Source of the DNA: Promethearchaeota archaeon
Lineage (GTDB): Archaea; Asgardarchaeota; Lokiarchaeia; Sigyniarchaeales; SOKP01
Direction of reading: 5' to 3'
Assembly (NCBI GenBank): GCA_016839585.1
Contig: JAEOTZ010000005.1
Span: 1-14,239, forward strand
DNA: 14,239 bases
A program made the translations under genes and the position numbers. The notes beneath the pieces are model-generated. The model searched no databases. It saw only the letters and a program-made list of their open reading frames with translations, and was not told the origin of the DNA. This document shows, piece after piece, positions 14,233 to 14,239 of the stretch (its first letter is position 1; every line of letters begins with the position of its first letter).

Positions 14233-14239
14233 ATCGAAA

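Overview
A gene-dense, strongly AT-rich archaeal chromosome segment, most likely from an Asgard archaeon (Lokiarchaeia-like). This is inferred from a Loki-type profilin plus archaeal TFB, RpoP, aIF2-beta, Nmd3, Rio1 and Dim2. Left to right: (i) a 5'-truncated RPA32-like gene and a ribosome biogenesis/translation cluster (aIF2b, DUF424, nmd3, rio1, dim2/pno1); (ii) a minus-strand run of GT4 glycosyltransferase, an atypical PLP fold-III decarboxylase, ftsZ and an unknown 122-aa ORF; (iii) a SWS1/ZSWIM7-like SWIM protein, a THUMP-less ThiI-like sulfurtransferase and a YkgJ-type Cys-cluster protein; (iv) a PAC2-family proteasome chaperone ending in an HbYX motif, rpoP (49 aa, missed by the ORF track) and tfb; (v) a multi-zinc-finger protein, a profilin fused to an extra C-terminal helical domain, an amphipathic-helix/Zn-domain protein and a Zn-ribbon/Cys-rich tail-anchored protein. 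The best candidates for new biology are the profilin fusion and its membrane-associated neighbours, the decarboxylase lacking its catalytic Cys next to a glycosyltransferase, and the Shu-complex-like SWIM protein. I saw no RNA genes, CRISPR arrays or mobile elements. All family calls come from motif recognition by eye, not database searches.
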